From contig OX597825.1 in NCBI GenBank assembly GCA_951406725.2, positions 34,162,001 through 34,226,000 of the forward strand: 64,000 nt of DNA, given 5' to 3'. The position numbers and the translations under genes were made by a program. Below are positions 26,961 through 40,544 of the stretch, in pieces. Origin of the DNA: Octopus vulgaris (lineage: Eukaryota). The stretch's first letter is position 1; every line of letters starts with the position of its first letter. The notes below the pieces were generated by a model that saw nothing but the letters and a program-made list of their open reading frames with translations, was not told the origin of the DNA and made no database searches.

Positions 26961-27850
26961 AATATATTTCAACAATGCAGGAATTTTATTCATCAAAGTA
27001 AGTACCATTTCACTCAGCATAATTTTGCCGACAAGTTACAAGTTTGTTTGTTCCACTAACAGAAAAATCTGGAGTTCTGGAGCTGATAAACTCTTTGGAT
27101 TCACTTTCAGCATTGGTTTGATTTTTGAACTCCTTCACTCACAGGACACAATCAAGGTGCTTGAAAAAGTGGTAGTCAGTAGGAGAAAGGTGTGGAGAAT
27201 AAGCTGGGTGGGGAAGAACTTCGTAGCCAAGTCCTCCCAACTTCTGGAGTGTCATTAGTGAAACGTGCAGTTAAGCATTGTCATGAAAGATGATTGACCT
27301 TCTTCTGGGATGGAGGAATGGCAGTTTTTCGTTCATTTTGGCAATTTCATGGCAATATGTCTCTGCAGTAATGGTTTTTCTAGGTTTAAAGAAGATATAA
27401 TGGATGAGTCTAGAAGTACACCACCAAACGGTCACCATATCCTTCTTTTTGAAGAGCTTGGGTTTGGGAAGATTTTCGGTGCTTCATGTTGGTCCAACTA
27501 CTGCAAAGAACGTTTTTTATTATTGTACAGAATCCAATTTTCATTGCAAGTTACAATTTGGTCAAGAAATGGATTGGTCTGGTTACAGAAAAGCAGCAAG
27601 CAAATTTCATATCTGTGCATTTTTTGATTTCCATTGAAATCATGTGGTACCCATTTGTCAAGACTTTTTGATTTTCCAATCACATACAAATGGTTGCAGG
27701 CAGTTTTCTGGCTAACTTGAAGTTCATTTGCCAGTTCTCGAGTGGTTTCATGTGGATCTTTCTCAATGACGGTCTTTAGTTGATCGTCATCGATGACAGA
27801 TGGGTGTCCAGGCAAGTCTATGTCTGTGTTATCAGACAATTGCAAAGAAT
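26960..27850 (-). mobile_element. Mariner (Mos1-like) transposase remnant
   Basis: TTRELANEL...KWVPHD...IVTCNENWILYNN (WVPHEL and first catalytic Asp region); YSPHL variant of YSPDL near 27190. Confidence 0.88.
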
Positions 27851-28744
27851 GTTTTTAAAAACTTCAAAACTCTGCAAAAATCCAGTACAAATTCTTCATG
27901 GTTCATAATGTTGCTTACTTTTTACTGAACCTGATAATATGTTTAAAAATTTAAATTTTGAATTTAGTTTTAATTATAAAATTACATCTCTCAACACCTC
28001 AAATCATTTCTTTTTCAGCTTTAGAATTATTGGCATATGGCATTTCAGAAGAATTGTTCTTGCTATTGTGAAGACCTATGAGAAGACCAAAACTCATATG
28101 TTGTCATCTGATGGAGAAAGGGAATTTTATTGGAATAGCTGTCCTATATATGTTGTAATGGTCACAGTTGGGACGTATTTGATCATATCTGTTGCATCAG
28201 ATTGGATCAAAGATGTCTCAACTGTGACCATTCCATCTTTCTACCCAGACATAGTGGACTCTATGTGTTTATCACAGGATAGAGGTTTATTTTATTCTGT
28301 ATATATAAAAGCTTGGCTATTTTTTTCTAGCAGGTCATGCAACCACATACAGGGACCATGGTTCGTCTGTCTCAGTAATAATTTTGTTGTTATTTAGCCT
28401 CAAATCAACCTTGATACAGCAAACCTATGTTGCTATAAAAACATCTCTGGTTATTAAAGAAGGGTTTTGTTAGGGGAGTGGACATGGAAGTTGTTGTTCG
28501 CAAAAAGCAGCAGTAATTTTCTTCAGCTGAATACATGCCATTGATTGGTTAAAATTACCCAAATACAACAACTTTAACACAAAATAACTTCTAAAATACA
28601 AAATTTTGTCAAAAACATGAAGAGTAAACTCTGTTCAGTGTGACACATTCTACCAGTATCCGAAGTTTCAAAGTGTTTAGTTACAAACAAATTCATTAAA
28701 AAATCTGTTGGTCAGATTGAAAAGATCCATTTCTCTAATTATAA

Positions 28745-30000
28745 AAAAAAAAAAATTAAGAAAATAACAAGAACTCATTAGTGTTGGGGTATTTGCTGTT
28801 TCAGTTCTTTGTCTTTTGTATAGAAATATGTTTCTTTTGACATTTGAAGTGAATAATCATATTTATTTGCACTGGAAAGTACTTCACACATTCAACCATC
28901 AATTTATCATATTTAATGTATATACATGGCTGATAGGCCAACTGCTGCAGTTTTTATTCAAGAAAGACATCTCTTATGGAGATGCTGTTTAAAAACATTA
29001 TGTTGGAGGGAGATGAAAAATCGTTCCAAGAAGTTCAAACAACATCCAGTGTTCTCACTAGCCACTGCCGGAATAACTTTTCCACTACCGTTCGGGGGTG
29101 GGGGGCATGTACATGCATGTGTGTTTGTGTGTGTGTGTATCTTTCACTGAAGTTTATCAGCTAAAACAGCTGGTGCTTGTCAACAAGGCTTTGTGTTTAT
29201 ATTTGTTTGGTGCCATGTTACACACTTCCTTGGTTGTACTCACCATCAGGATGTGAGGGAATCTGGGGTTGGACAGTTGGACAAAGTTATTATTAAAAAA
29301 CTAAAATATAAAACAAATGAAATAATCATATGTTAAAAGCCGCTTGTGCATTTCATATGACACACCTTAATTTATTTAAAAGGTGACAAAGTTATTAACA
29401 AACATACTCGATTATTCAAATAAATTTCAGTTGTCTGAATTAAGACAACACCAATAAGAATGCAACAACTGAAAACTGTCTAATATTAGACTTGTCAGTT
29501 TAAATATAGATTTTCCTGTTCCTCCTCTCACTTTTTTTTTACTCATCTCTTTTTATTTTAAGTAGCCTTCAGTAATTCGGGCATTAAAGTAATTTCATTA
29601 ATTATTTTTAAAAAATTAAGAAAAAGAAAAAAACAACTTATTAGTGTTGGGAAATTTCAGTTCTTTATCTTTTGTAGAGAAATATATTTTGTTTGACATA
29701 TGAAGTAAATAATCATATTTATTTGCCTTTGAAAGAATTAGCTACTTCACTTTCTTGAAATTTAAAACAAACGGTGTTGTTTAGTTTCAAACTTCACACA
29801 CACAACCATCAATTTATCATACTTAATATATATACACCATTGATAGGCCAGTTGCTGCAGGTTTTATTCAAGAAAAAAATCTCTTATGGACGTACTGTTT
29901 AAAAACACTGGATATCTGTGGGTGAGAAAAAGTCATCCCAAGATCAAATAGTATCTGTTGTTCTCACTAGCCAATGCAGGAATGACTTTTCCTCTCCCAA
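28745..30000. repeat. Diverged local direct repeat, ~350-bp units at 28745-29090 and 29610-30000
   Basis: Shared blocks ATTAGTGTTGGG, TTTCAGTTCTTT, AATAATCATATTTATTTGC, CAACCATCAATTTATCATA, TGATAGGCCA and TGTTCTCACTAGCCA occur in the same order. Confidence 0.85.
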
Positions 30001-30329
30001 CAACATATATATATGCGGCATGCGGCAGACTACCTAACAGTCTTGCCCTGTCAATATACACACACACATATATATATATTGGAGTGGCTGGCATTAGGAA
30101 GGGCATCCAGCCATTGAAACCATGCCAAACCAGCATGGACAATGGATGTTAAATGATGATGATGAGGATGATGATGTGGGTGTGTGGTAAGAAGCTTGCT
30201 TCCCAACCACATGGTTCTGGGTTGAGTGCCACTGCATGGAAACTTGGACATGTGTCAAGCCGACCAAAGTTTTGTGAGTGGATTTCGTTGACAGAAACTG
30301 AAAGAAGCTCATCGTATATATATATATAT

Positions 30330-32536
30330 GTTAGTTAGTTAGTTAGTTAATTTTTTGGCTCAAAAAGCAATGGAGTCATGTACAGGGTGGTGTTCATGTA
30401 AAGAGTTCAGGCCACTTGTGGACAAGGGAGACTTTGAACCAAGCGGTCGTCGGCATCTTCACCATCTCGTCTGGCAGCTTATTCCACGGATCCGCAAACC
30501 GGACGGAGAAATCGTCGCCGATGGAGCTTTTCGGAATGACCCCGCAGCGACGCTCTGGAGCAGGAGTGAAGAACAGCTCTTTCGAGAGGTTACACTTTCT
30601 GCTTATGATGTTGTGAGCAAGAATGAGATCACCACGGCGTCGTCGTTTTTCTAGAGAATAAAGGTCGAGCGTCTTCAGCCTTTCTTCATAAGACAAATTC
30701 TCGAGACCAAGAACCATGCGGGTAGCCAGCTTCTGGACTCTTTCGAGATGCTGTATGTCTTTGAGGAGATAAGGAGAAGAGGCTTGAATCCCGTACTCCA
30801 ATATGGGTCTCACCAGCGTGACATAGAGCGGTAGGAATATGGCTGCTGTGAGCATTCCGAATGACCGTCGAATCAAGAACAGAACTCCGCGTGCTTTGTT
30901 GGCAGCATGGACGCACTGGGCCGAAGGCGAAAAGAAGGAAACCACCAAGATACCTAGGTCCCTTACCTGATCGGTCCTCTCCAGCAGCAGACTCGAAATC
31001 AAGTTGAGTTGCAGGAGGAGAGCCAACAGGCAGATGACAGCACTTTGATACATTCAGACACAGGTCCCATTCGTTAGACCATCTCCAAATTTGGTGGAGG
31101 CATCGACGAAGATCCTCTATATCACCGCGAGGAGCGACCAATTTGACATCGTCGGCAAATAGAAGGGTGTGTTGTGTGAGATCGTCGGGCAAGTCATTTA
31201 TGAAGACTAAGAACAATAAGGGCCCAAGCACTGAACCTTGAGGCACGCCACTGCTCGCACTGGAGACATCGGACCGCAAACCATTAACTTGGACTTGGAA
31301 GGAGTGATCTTAGAGGAAGGCACCAACCCATCGTACAATATCTGGATGGAAACTATATGCTTGAAGCTTGACAAGTAATAGGCGGTGGTTTACCGAGTCA
31401 AAAGCTTTGGCAAAGTCCAATAAAACGATGTCAACAGCATCACTATCATCGAGGATGCACGTCACCAATTCTTCCATTATCAGTAAGTTGGTCAAGCATG
31501 ATCTCTTCGGCACGAAGCCGTGTTGGGAATCAGAGATAGAGGCTGTGTTTTGGAGGTGGAGCATCATACTTTTCTTAAGGATGGTTTCGAATATCTTGCT
31601 GATTATTGATGTAAGGGAAACTGGTCGGTAGTGAAGCGGGTCTTCGCAGCTCCCTTTCTTGAAAATTGGGCAGATTATCGCTGTTCTCCAGTCCGCAGGT
31701 ATAACACCCGTCGCCAATGACATATTGAATAGACGTGTTAAGGGCTCGCAGATGACCGGAGCCAACGCTTTGATAACCCGTGGGTGTATGCCGTCAGGGC
31801 CGTGACCCTTGTTGACATCGAGGCTTTGAATAACGCATTCGACTTTGTCCCGCGTGATGACCAATCGAAGCATTGGAGGTACCGATCTATCAAATGGAGG
31901 GGGTTCATGACCATCATCTTGTTTGAAAATAGTTGAAAAAGCCTCGGCAAATAATTGACTCTGTTGATAAGGGTCCTCAATCGATACGCCTGTTGAGTCT
32001 ACCAACGTTGCAATTTGGTTGTTCAAGCGGGAATTCCGTTGGACATGGGCAAAGAAGGTTTTTGGATTGCTACTGGCGTTTGCCGCGATTTTGTATTCAT
32101 ATCTGAAGTGTTCTTCCTTTTCAATTTTCACGGCTCGGTCTCGTTGAGTTTTGTACACCTCAAAAGCTGCAGTCGAATCCAGATTTTTAGATTCAGCCCA
32201 AGCAATATCTCTGAGTCGAAGTTCTCGTTTAACCTTCTTCGTCACCCAGGGCTTGTGTTTCTTCTTCTTGGGAAGCCCAACGGGAACTGCCTGGTCAGTC
32301 AACCAGATTACATATGCTTTGAGGGATGACCATAGTTCGTCAACTGAGGACAACGTCATCAGGGATCGCCAGTCCAGAAGCGCGAAAGCCTCAGTTAGAA
32401 TTTCAAGATTAATTGCAGAAAAGACTCTATGCGGCAGCGAAGTAGTCGTGGGCGTAGAAAAAGTTTTGTGCATGACGAACTTCAGGACCGCATGATCACT
32501 CTTGGCAAGAGGGGCGCACACAGATACGTCTGACAC
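30330..32536 (-). mobile_element. CR1/L2-group LINE, 5'-truncated, nested in a SINE
   Basis: YRPVSLTS, QHGFVPKRSCLTNL, LDFAKAFDSV, SGVPQGSVLGPLLF, FADD, LERVQKLATR; (TAAC)n tail at 30331-30348; SINE halves at ~30170-30330 and 32540-32780. Confidence 0.92.
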
Positions 32537-33062
32537 TGATCATGTATATGCATGTATGTATGTATGTATTTGTGTCTGTGTTTGTCCCCACTACCATTGC
32601 TTGACAACCGATGTTGGTGTGTTGGTGAGTTTACATCCCCATAACTTAATGTTTCAGCAAAAGAAACCCATAGAGCTTACAAAGAATAAGTCCTGGGGTC
32701 AATTTATTCAACTAAAAAGCGGTGCTCCAATAAGGCTGCAGTCAGATTACTGAAACAAATAAAAGAGTAAAAGAGTATGTGTGTGTATATATATATATAT
32801 ATAAATGGCGGTGCCCCAGCATGGCCATAGCTCGTGAGCTGAAACTAGATAAAATAAAAAATATATATAATACAAATAAGAAAATGGAGAAACAATTTAG
32901 TTTGTTCATCAACTTTTGGATATTAGAATGTTGAATTATTTATTCATTTAACAAAATGAGAAACTTAATAGCATACATATATAACTTATAATTCAATACA
33001 TATAAGATAAAAATGCAAATTATAAAAATCTTAATATAAATTATTGAAATCATTAAAATCAC

Positions 33063-33190
33063 TCCTTACAGCTGTTTCAGCATATGGTTAAAAGTATTTT
33101 TTTATTGCCTATAGTTGTTAATTATATTGAGGTTGTAGGCATTTAAGAATAGGGTGCTTATATATATATAACCATAGGCCTCGTCAGAGA
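33063..33190 (-). ncRNA. Type I hammerhead-ribozyme-like motif with a long stem II (PLE-type)
   Basis: Minus strand: tct-CTGACGA-ggc...gct-GAAAC-AGCT-GTA-agg; palindromic minimal stem III. Confidence 0.65.
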
Positions 33191-33464
33191 TTATAATGAA
33201 CTCCAAAAACATTACTACAGGAAACAGGATAGACGTATAATTAATATATATAAAAAATATGAACAAATATCCATATAGACTTATACATATACATATATAC
33301 ATACATAAGCAGAGTATATATACTTTTACATGTGTAAAAATACATAAATAAACACAATTAAACTATAAGTCCAAGTAAGTAGACCATTGATCATATACAT
33401 ATATGTACATATATACTGGAACATATAAACACGTCTATGCTCATGACTACATAAACAATAATCA

Positions 33465-33515
<51 letters not shown>

Positions 33516-34036
33516 ATTATTATTATTATATTTATCAATAATAACAATATTATTAGATTTATAGTAATCTTCACTTGACAATACATATTATAATAGATTC
33601 TAATATATATCAAATATTACAATACAAGATAAACAATTTACAATCCATACAAACAAATATATATATGTATATAAATATATAAAAAACATACAGTTAGACC
33701 ATGGCTTTTAGTATATAGTTCTTAATACATACAGGTTCATGCGTGTGGGTAACAAATAGAAGCAACATGTACATGTATTTATATACGCACGAATATACAC
33801 CAATATCAATATAAGGATTTTTTTCTTTTCATCAATGTTGAAGTTCAAATTATATTTATATTTGTATTTTTATCCAACGAATTAATATAGTATCATAGAA
33901 TAATTCCACTATCCCTTAGTGGGTTGCACCCTTAACCCCTAACTTACTTTGTGTTATAAAATATATGTGACCGCATGTGTACCGTTGGTGATTATTTTCC
34001 TCCATCTTCCCTTCTTTGGATCTTTCCTTTTCCTAT

Positions 34037-34071
34037 GTTTCTGACGAAGAGCTCCACTCGAAACGTTAAAC
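34037..34071 (+). ncRNA. Minimal hammerhead-like motif in a dispersed PLE-tail repeat (33965-34153)
   Basis: GTTT-CTGACGA-AGAG ctcca CTC-GAAAC-GTT-AAAC; stem I GTTT/AAAC; second copy at 55144-55178 (-). Confidence 0.7.
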
Positions 34072-34150
34072 CCTCCTTCTTTCATGGGCATCCAATAATA
34101 CTATACTTGTTCCACGTCCTTGTGTTGTGTTTTCATGTTTGGATTAACTT

Positions 34151-34181
<31 letters not shown>

Positions 34182-34381
34182 TACGGAGATGTACTTGCAT
34201 AGCAAGTGACTTGATCTGAGATCGTGTGCTGGAACGAAAACAATTGCAGCGTGGAAGGTGTTTATAAGCCATTTAAGAAACACACAAAACTGTTAGATTG
34301 ACTTCAACATTCAAATTTAATTTGTGTCGAAATATTTTCGTCGCTTCGAAGCCGCGACCTGTTCACTGACAGAACTTCGTG

Positions 34382-34420
<39 letters not shown>

Positions 34421-34427
<7 letters not shown>

Positions 34428-34912
34428 AGTGAATGGAAGAAATGGAGTTGAACGAAGATTGTACAGAATTCCTTTATTACATTCTCACACATGTTTCAAA
34501 GGCCACAAATTTCCAAATTCTGACAAATAAGGGTACCATATTGTGGCTTTCTCTTCAGGAAAACAGGAATTCCGTTGACAGAACAAAACAAAACAGAGGC
34601 GCAGCAATTCGAACGAGGACGCTCTTTAAGAGCCCATGGCTGAACTGTTTATCAATGTACGTTGAAATCGGGGATTGATAAACAGTTCAGCCATGGGCTC
34701 TTAAAGAGCGTCCTCGTTCGAATTGCTGCACCTCTGTTTTGTTTTGTTCTGTCAACGGAATTCCTGTTTTTTCCTGAAGAGAAAGCCACAATATGGTACC
34801 CTTATTTAATCAGAATTTGGAAATTTGTGGCCTTTGAAACATGTGTAGAACGTAATAAAAGGAATTCTGTACAATCTTTGTTCAACTCCATTTCTTCCAT
34901 TCACTAATAATA
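34421..34912. repeat. Fold-back inverted repeat, ~236-bp arms, 17-nt loop
   Basis: 34421-34656 is the near-perfect reverse complement of 34674-34912; starts at an (AT)n tract. Confidence 0.95.
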
Positions 34913-35115
34913 TTAAACTTCAATTATCCGCACCAACGCACGGTTGCAACACTAAATGGTCTTATCTCCAACCATGTTTTTTTCTGCTGTGACTTTTGCT
35001 ACCCAGGTATCGGTTAAACTTTTGAATAATCTGTAACAAGAAAATTCATCTTTCTATTTCAACAAATATATATATATATATACACATATATATAAAGTGA
35101 GGAAGGCCAGTCCAT

Positions 35116-35176
35116 GGGATTACCCTGGGTTTCCCATCCATAAAGAGCTTAGCTTTATGGCGTATCGTCAGACCCC
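35116..35176 (-). ncRNA. Type I hammerhead-ribozyme-like motif
   Basis: Minus strand: GGGGT-CTGACGA-tacgCCATAAAG ctaagct CTTTATGGatgg-GAAA-CCCAGGG-TA-ATCCC; all three stems can form. Confidence 0.75.
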
Positions 35177-35904
35177 AAAACCTGTTGGCCTAAGAGTTCT
35201 TTAAAATAGGATTTACAAAGTAATCAAAAATAGTATATGTGAGCATATTTGGCTGGCCAGTGGACTTTTCTACTGCTCTTGGTAACATGAGCTGGGGAGA
35301 ATGTAATAACTGGTGTAGTATTAGAAGACGCTGTGTCAGAGGAGTGTGTATGTTGTGTGGAAGTATGTACAAGTGTTGTGGGTGGGGAAGTGGGGTACTA
35401 TTGCTGGGAAGGTGACTCAATAAAAGCCTACTTCACACGATTTATGCTAACAGTCTGATGTTTCCCTTAAACGTCTAAAACCATGAACTTGGCTTTTAAT
35501 TTCAACACTCGGTACAGGCTGGTATAAGACTGCTGTAGTGGTTGCTTGACTATATCATTGTGTATAAAATCATGAGTCCATTACAAACAGGAGTAATTCC
35601 ATCATGTAATTTTGCAATCAGTGGACATAGTCTGCTGGATCAAAATGTTGGTTAGCTACAAGTATATTCTTTTCTACTCTAGACACAAGGTCTGAAATTT
35701 TGGGAGAGGAGGGGCCAGTCAATTAGACTGACCTCAGTACATAGCTGGTACTTAATTTATCAACCCTGAAAGGATGGAAAGCAAAGTCGACCTCAGTGGA
35801 ATTTGAACTCAGAATATATAAAAACAGACAAAGTATCACTAAGTATTTCACCCAGCATACTAGCATTTCTGCCATCTCACTGCCTGAGCTACAAGTATAT
35901 TAAA

Positions 35905-37200
35905 TCTACTTTAGTTAATTATTTTCTTTTCTATGTTTGTCAATTTTTGAGATTATTTCTTGCTTTATTTTTATGAATAGTTATTTTTTAGTGGCTATGG
36001 AGTTGGGAGGGGTATAAGTATAATGTTGTTTTTTGTATATGCCTAGAATTGGAGTATATTCAGTAATAGGGGCTGGTTGGTTTTCTGATTCTGAATATAC
36101 ATTAGGATCTGTTTGTGCAATTGCTCAGAGTATTTTATGAGGTTAGTACATCATTAATTTTAATAAGCTGGTTGTTATTAGTGGGTAGAATTAATTTCTT
36201 TTATTATTTTCTTCTTTTACTTGTTTCAGTCATTTGACTGTGACACCAACTTAAAGGGTTGTAAAGGCTGAAGAAATTGCACCCAAGACTTATTCTTTAT
36301 AAGCCTAGTACTTATTCTATCAGTCTTTTCTGCCAAACCACTAAGTGATGAAGGCAGCAGACAAACACAGACACATGCACAAATATATACATATACATAT
36401 ATATATAATATATATACGATAGGCCTCTTTCAGTTTCTGTCAACTTTGGTTGGCCTGAGGCTATAGTAGAAGACACTTGCCCAAAGTGTCACACAGTGGG
36501 ACTGAACCCAGAACCATGTGGTTGGGAAGCAAGCTTCTTACAATATAGCTACACATATGCCTATTTAGTTAGGTTATTAAAATATCAATAAGTGTGTTGG
36601 TTTTTTTTTTTGTAATTTTTCTATATTTATAATATGAGTCATTTCTAGTATTGCAGAGACCATCAGGCCCCATTTGATTTTGCTGAAGGGGAATCAGAAT
36701 TGGTTTTTGGTTTAAATGATGAGTATGGGGCAGTTAGTCTTGCATTGTTATTTATGGCTGAATATGGGAACATTTTAATGCAGTGAGCTGGTAGAAAAGT
36801 TAAGCACGCTGGGTGAAATGTTTAGCAGTATTTCATCTATCTTTACATTCTGAGTTCAAATTCCACCAAGTCCGACTTTGCCTTTCATCCTTTCAGGGTT
36901 GATAAATTAAGTACCAGTTGCGTACTGTGATCTATCTAATCGACTAGTCCCCTCACTCAAAATTTCGGGCCTTGTGCCTAGAGTAGAAAAGAATATGGGA
37001 ATATTTGGTTTATGAGATTTTTGTGTGCTGTTTTGTTCTTTGGGTGAGAGTTTTTCATTATTTCTAAAGAATTATCTGTTTCATTGGTGGTTGGATTGTT
37101 AAGGGTTTTATTTAATTGTGTTCATGCAAATTATCCTCAGTATCGTTATGATTTATTAATGTATCTAATTTGGAAGAGTTATATGCTGTATGTATATTTT
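35905..37200 (+). pseudogene. ND1: NUMT: mitochondrial nad1 fragments split by two SINE insertions
   Basis: GVYSVMGAGWFS (~36050), [13 protein letters not shown] (36667-36705), [26 protein letters not shown] (~37132); frameshifted. SINEs at ~36200-36562 and ~36780-36990, the second with TSD GAATATGGGAA.ATTT. Confidence 0.9.
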
Positions 37201-37969
37201 TTATTATATATTATTATTAATATCAGGAAATCAATATTAGAAAATTCTTCAGAAAGATATATACGTGTGTAAAATAATTGTTGTACTAAAAATATAAATA
37301 TATATAGATATATGAAAATATGTATAAGTATAACTATATAATATATATTAGTTTCAAAGTTTTGAATTAAGTTTTTAAAGAATCTTACGATCATTTTGCG
37401 GAAGTGCTGTCTCTAAAAGGGAATCCTATATTGATAAGCATTTATAAACAACTCTTCTGTTCTTCAGCGATATAAAATTTGAATTTTGTATAATATGATA
37501 ATATAAGTAATATGATAAAATGGTGTTTGGATGAAATATAAATTAAAAATTAAAAATTACTGTTTTTGATTTTGGTAAGTACACTTTAGTATGAGAGTCT
37601 TTAAATCCATATATGCTTCCTTGGAAAGTCTTCTGTAATAATCCATAATAGTTATGTGTAAAATCCATTATATTGTCCTGTATTCCAAATATAGTTCATA
37701 GACTTAGATAATATAGAATAATGGAATCCTATATTGATAAGCATTTATCGATAACTCTTCTGCTCTTCAGAAATATCAAATGTGAAATTTGTATAATTTA
37801 ACGAATCGTAGTTTATGCTGTATGTATAAATAATTTTAGTTCTTGTAAGGGGTTTTAGTAAATTGATATATTTTTCATAGATGAAGAAATAGTTTAATTA
37901 AAATAATAAAATTGAAGGTTATAGATTAAAAGTAACTTTATTTTTTGATATGGCATTAATAATGTATTT

Positions 37970-38300
37970 TCATTTGGGGATTTCAATTACTAGGATATTA
38001 ATTAAATTCAGCCTTTGCGATTAGGTTTTATGATCATTTTGATAGTATTGAATTTGGGGAGGATTTTTTTGTCGATGATGCTACTTTAAGTCGATTTTTT
38101 TTCATTCTTTGTTGCCCTTATTATTGTGGGTTTGGTTATTTCTATATTTTTTTGCTTATACATGAGGGGAGTTCAGGTATTCCTTTAGGCTTAAACAGTG
38201 ATTTACATAAGATTCCTTTTCATCATTATCATAGATATAAAGATGTTTTAGGTTTTCTTTTCACATTATTTGCATTAGTTGAATTAAGTTTATAAAATAG
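37970..38300 (+). pseudogene. CYTB: NUMT: mitochondrial cytochrome b fragment
   Basis: IWGGF.VDDATLSRFF and [25 protein letters not shown] (AGA read as Ser, invertebrate mitochondrial code); frameshifted. Confidence 0.88.
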
Positions 38301-39576
38301 GATCCATTTTTTAATTGTTATGCCAAAAGTTGCTTGTTATGTTTATTTTCACACCAAATAATAAAAATAATGACTTGGTGCAGGAGTGGTAATTAGCTTG
38401 CTTACCAACCACATGATTCCGGGTTCATTCTCACTGCATGGCACCTTGGGCAAGTGTCTTTCACTATAGCCTTGGGCCGACCAAAGCCTTGTGAGTGGAT
38501 TTGGTAGACGGAAAGTGAAAGGAGCCCGTCATATATATGTATATATATATGTATGTATATATATATATATACATGTGTGTGTATATGTTTGTGTGTCTGT
38601 GTCTGTCTCCTCCGCCCCCAACATTGCTTGACAAAGTTTGGCAAAAGAGCCCTGATAGAATAAATACTAGGCTTACAAAGAATAAGTCCTGGTGTTGATT
38701 TGCTTGACTAAAGGTGGTGCTCCAGTATGGCCACAGTCAAATGACTGAAACAAGTAAAAGAGTAAAGAGTAAAAGGAGAGATAATTAATATAATCTTAGC
38801 CTGAAATTGGAGGGGAAGGGGTAGACAATTACATCGACCCCAGTGCGCAGCTGCTACATAATTTATCGCCCCCCGAAAGGATGAAAGGCAAAGTCAGAAA
38901 GGCAGAACGTAGTGGCAGGTGAAATACCACTATGCATTTTGACCAGCATACTAATGATTCTGCCAGTTCATCACCTTAATTAATAATTAAAATAATAAAT
39001 ACAACTGTTCAGCATCAAATATTGAACTGTGAATTATATTAAGGAAAATTAATCGAAGATATTAAAATTTAATAATTTAATGGAATTGAGCCTTAAAAAT
39101 ATTATTTCCAAATTTATTGTATGAAAAAATATCTCTTATTCTTATTTTTCCTTAATATAACGTATTACAAAAGAAAGACAAATAAAAGAATAAAATCAGG
39201 GTAAAAAAAAGATAAAAGGAAGAGAGAAAGAAAGAAAAAGAGAAGGAAGAGAGACAAAAGAAACATCAATGCAGTACAAAGTGCTACATTTGGTCTCACA
39301 CCACAAATTTTAAAGGAAACTACAGTTTGCCAAACCAATGTTTTATATAAACTATTATAACAGTTATGATTATAAATACTTGTTTATTTATAGGAGTGTA
39401 TATAAATTGTGTGGCAGGGGCTGGTATTTGTTTAATTATTTCAGTGAAAACATATTTCAAATATTCTATTAGGTTTTTGAAGTGTTGACACTGAGGGTTG
39501 TTTTATGTATCTGTTTTCTTTAGATATAATTAGATTGAATTTTTAGAAGAAAACACTTTCAAGTAAGTTATCTTAA

Positions 39577-40018
39577 TCACTTATGGCAAGATTCCATATC
39601 AATATACATGCCATTTTTACCAGAGCATAAATCATTTTCAGCTGAATTTACATAATATCCTTCATTCTCAGTGAAACGTAAATCACTGTGAACAGTATCT
39701 GAGCCATTTTCATATTTATCATTTACATTTGAATATATATCCTTTTTAGCCATATACATATATTCTTCAACATTATCATCAACCATACATAAACCTTTTG
39801 CAATTGAATATACATCAGTGGAATGCAATTCCCTTTCCATCATGCAAGGATTATTTCTAATTGAATGTGCATTATTTGGGGGCAATATCTTTGCTGCTTG
39901 CTGTTTCAAAGTATTGTTTGGTTGTGATTCTATCTCCTCTGGTAAAAAGGTCCTTGTGGTCATCTTCTCGGTCATTTCTTCAGATATCACATTTGATTTG
40001 GATTTCTTGTACCTGTGT
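39577..40018 (-). CDS. Terminal coding exon (phase 2): tyrosine-motif-rich cytoplasmic tail, gene A
   Basis: Branch-point and acceptor gCTAACattttcttAG; HRYKKSKSNVISEEM...DVYSIAK...EEYMYMAKKDIYSNVNDKYENG...EGYYVNS...GMYIDMESCHK*. Candidate AATAAA signals at 39383-39388 and 39113-39118. Confidence 0.85.
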
Positions 40019-40544
40019 CTAAGAAAATGTTAGCATATTTAATCAGACAACATTAAGTAGATTTTAGAATTAAATTTTGTTAATAATCACAAAAAAAAAA
40101 TAATAATACTTCTTACTAATTTTGTTTTATAATGATAATGATGGTTTCAAAATTAGGAACAAGGCCAGTAATTTGGGGCTGGTTGTGAGTCAATTGGTAC
40201 ATATATTAACCCCAGAAGAATGAAGCACTAATTTAACTTCAGTGGTATTTGAACTTAGCATGTAAAGATCCAGAAGAAATGCTGCTAAATATTGTATTTA
40301 ACATGACAACAACTGTCAGTTTGATTAATCCTAATAATAATAGTAATAATCTTTTTTATAGGCTCATGGTCTGAAATTTGGGAGGAGAGGGTTAGTCAGT
40401 TGCAGTGACTCCAGTACTCAGTTGGATGAAAGGATGAAGGGTGAAGTTAGCCTTGATGGTATTTGAATGCAGAACATAAAACCAGAAGAAATACTGCTTA
40501 GTATTTCGTCTGACATGGTAACACTTCTGCTAACTTAACACCTT

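Noticed and set aside
27939-28397. 152-aa plus-strand ORF
   Set aside because: No recognisable domain or convincing exon structure; overlaps a short hairpin repeat (~28158-28232).
37223-37300. Mitochondrial tRNA-Pro and nad6 expected between nad1 and cytb
   Set aside because: Too degraded to fold or translate convincingly by eye.
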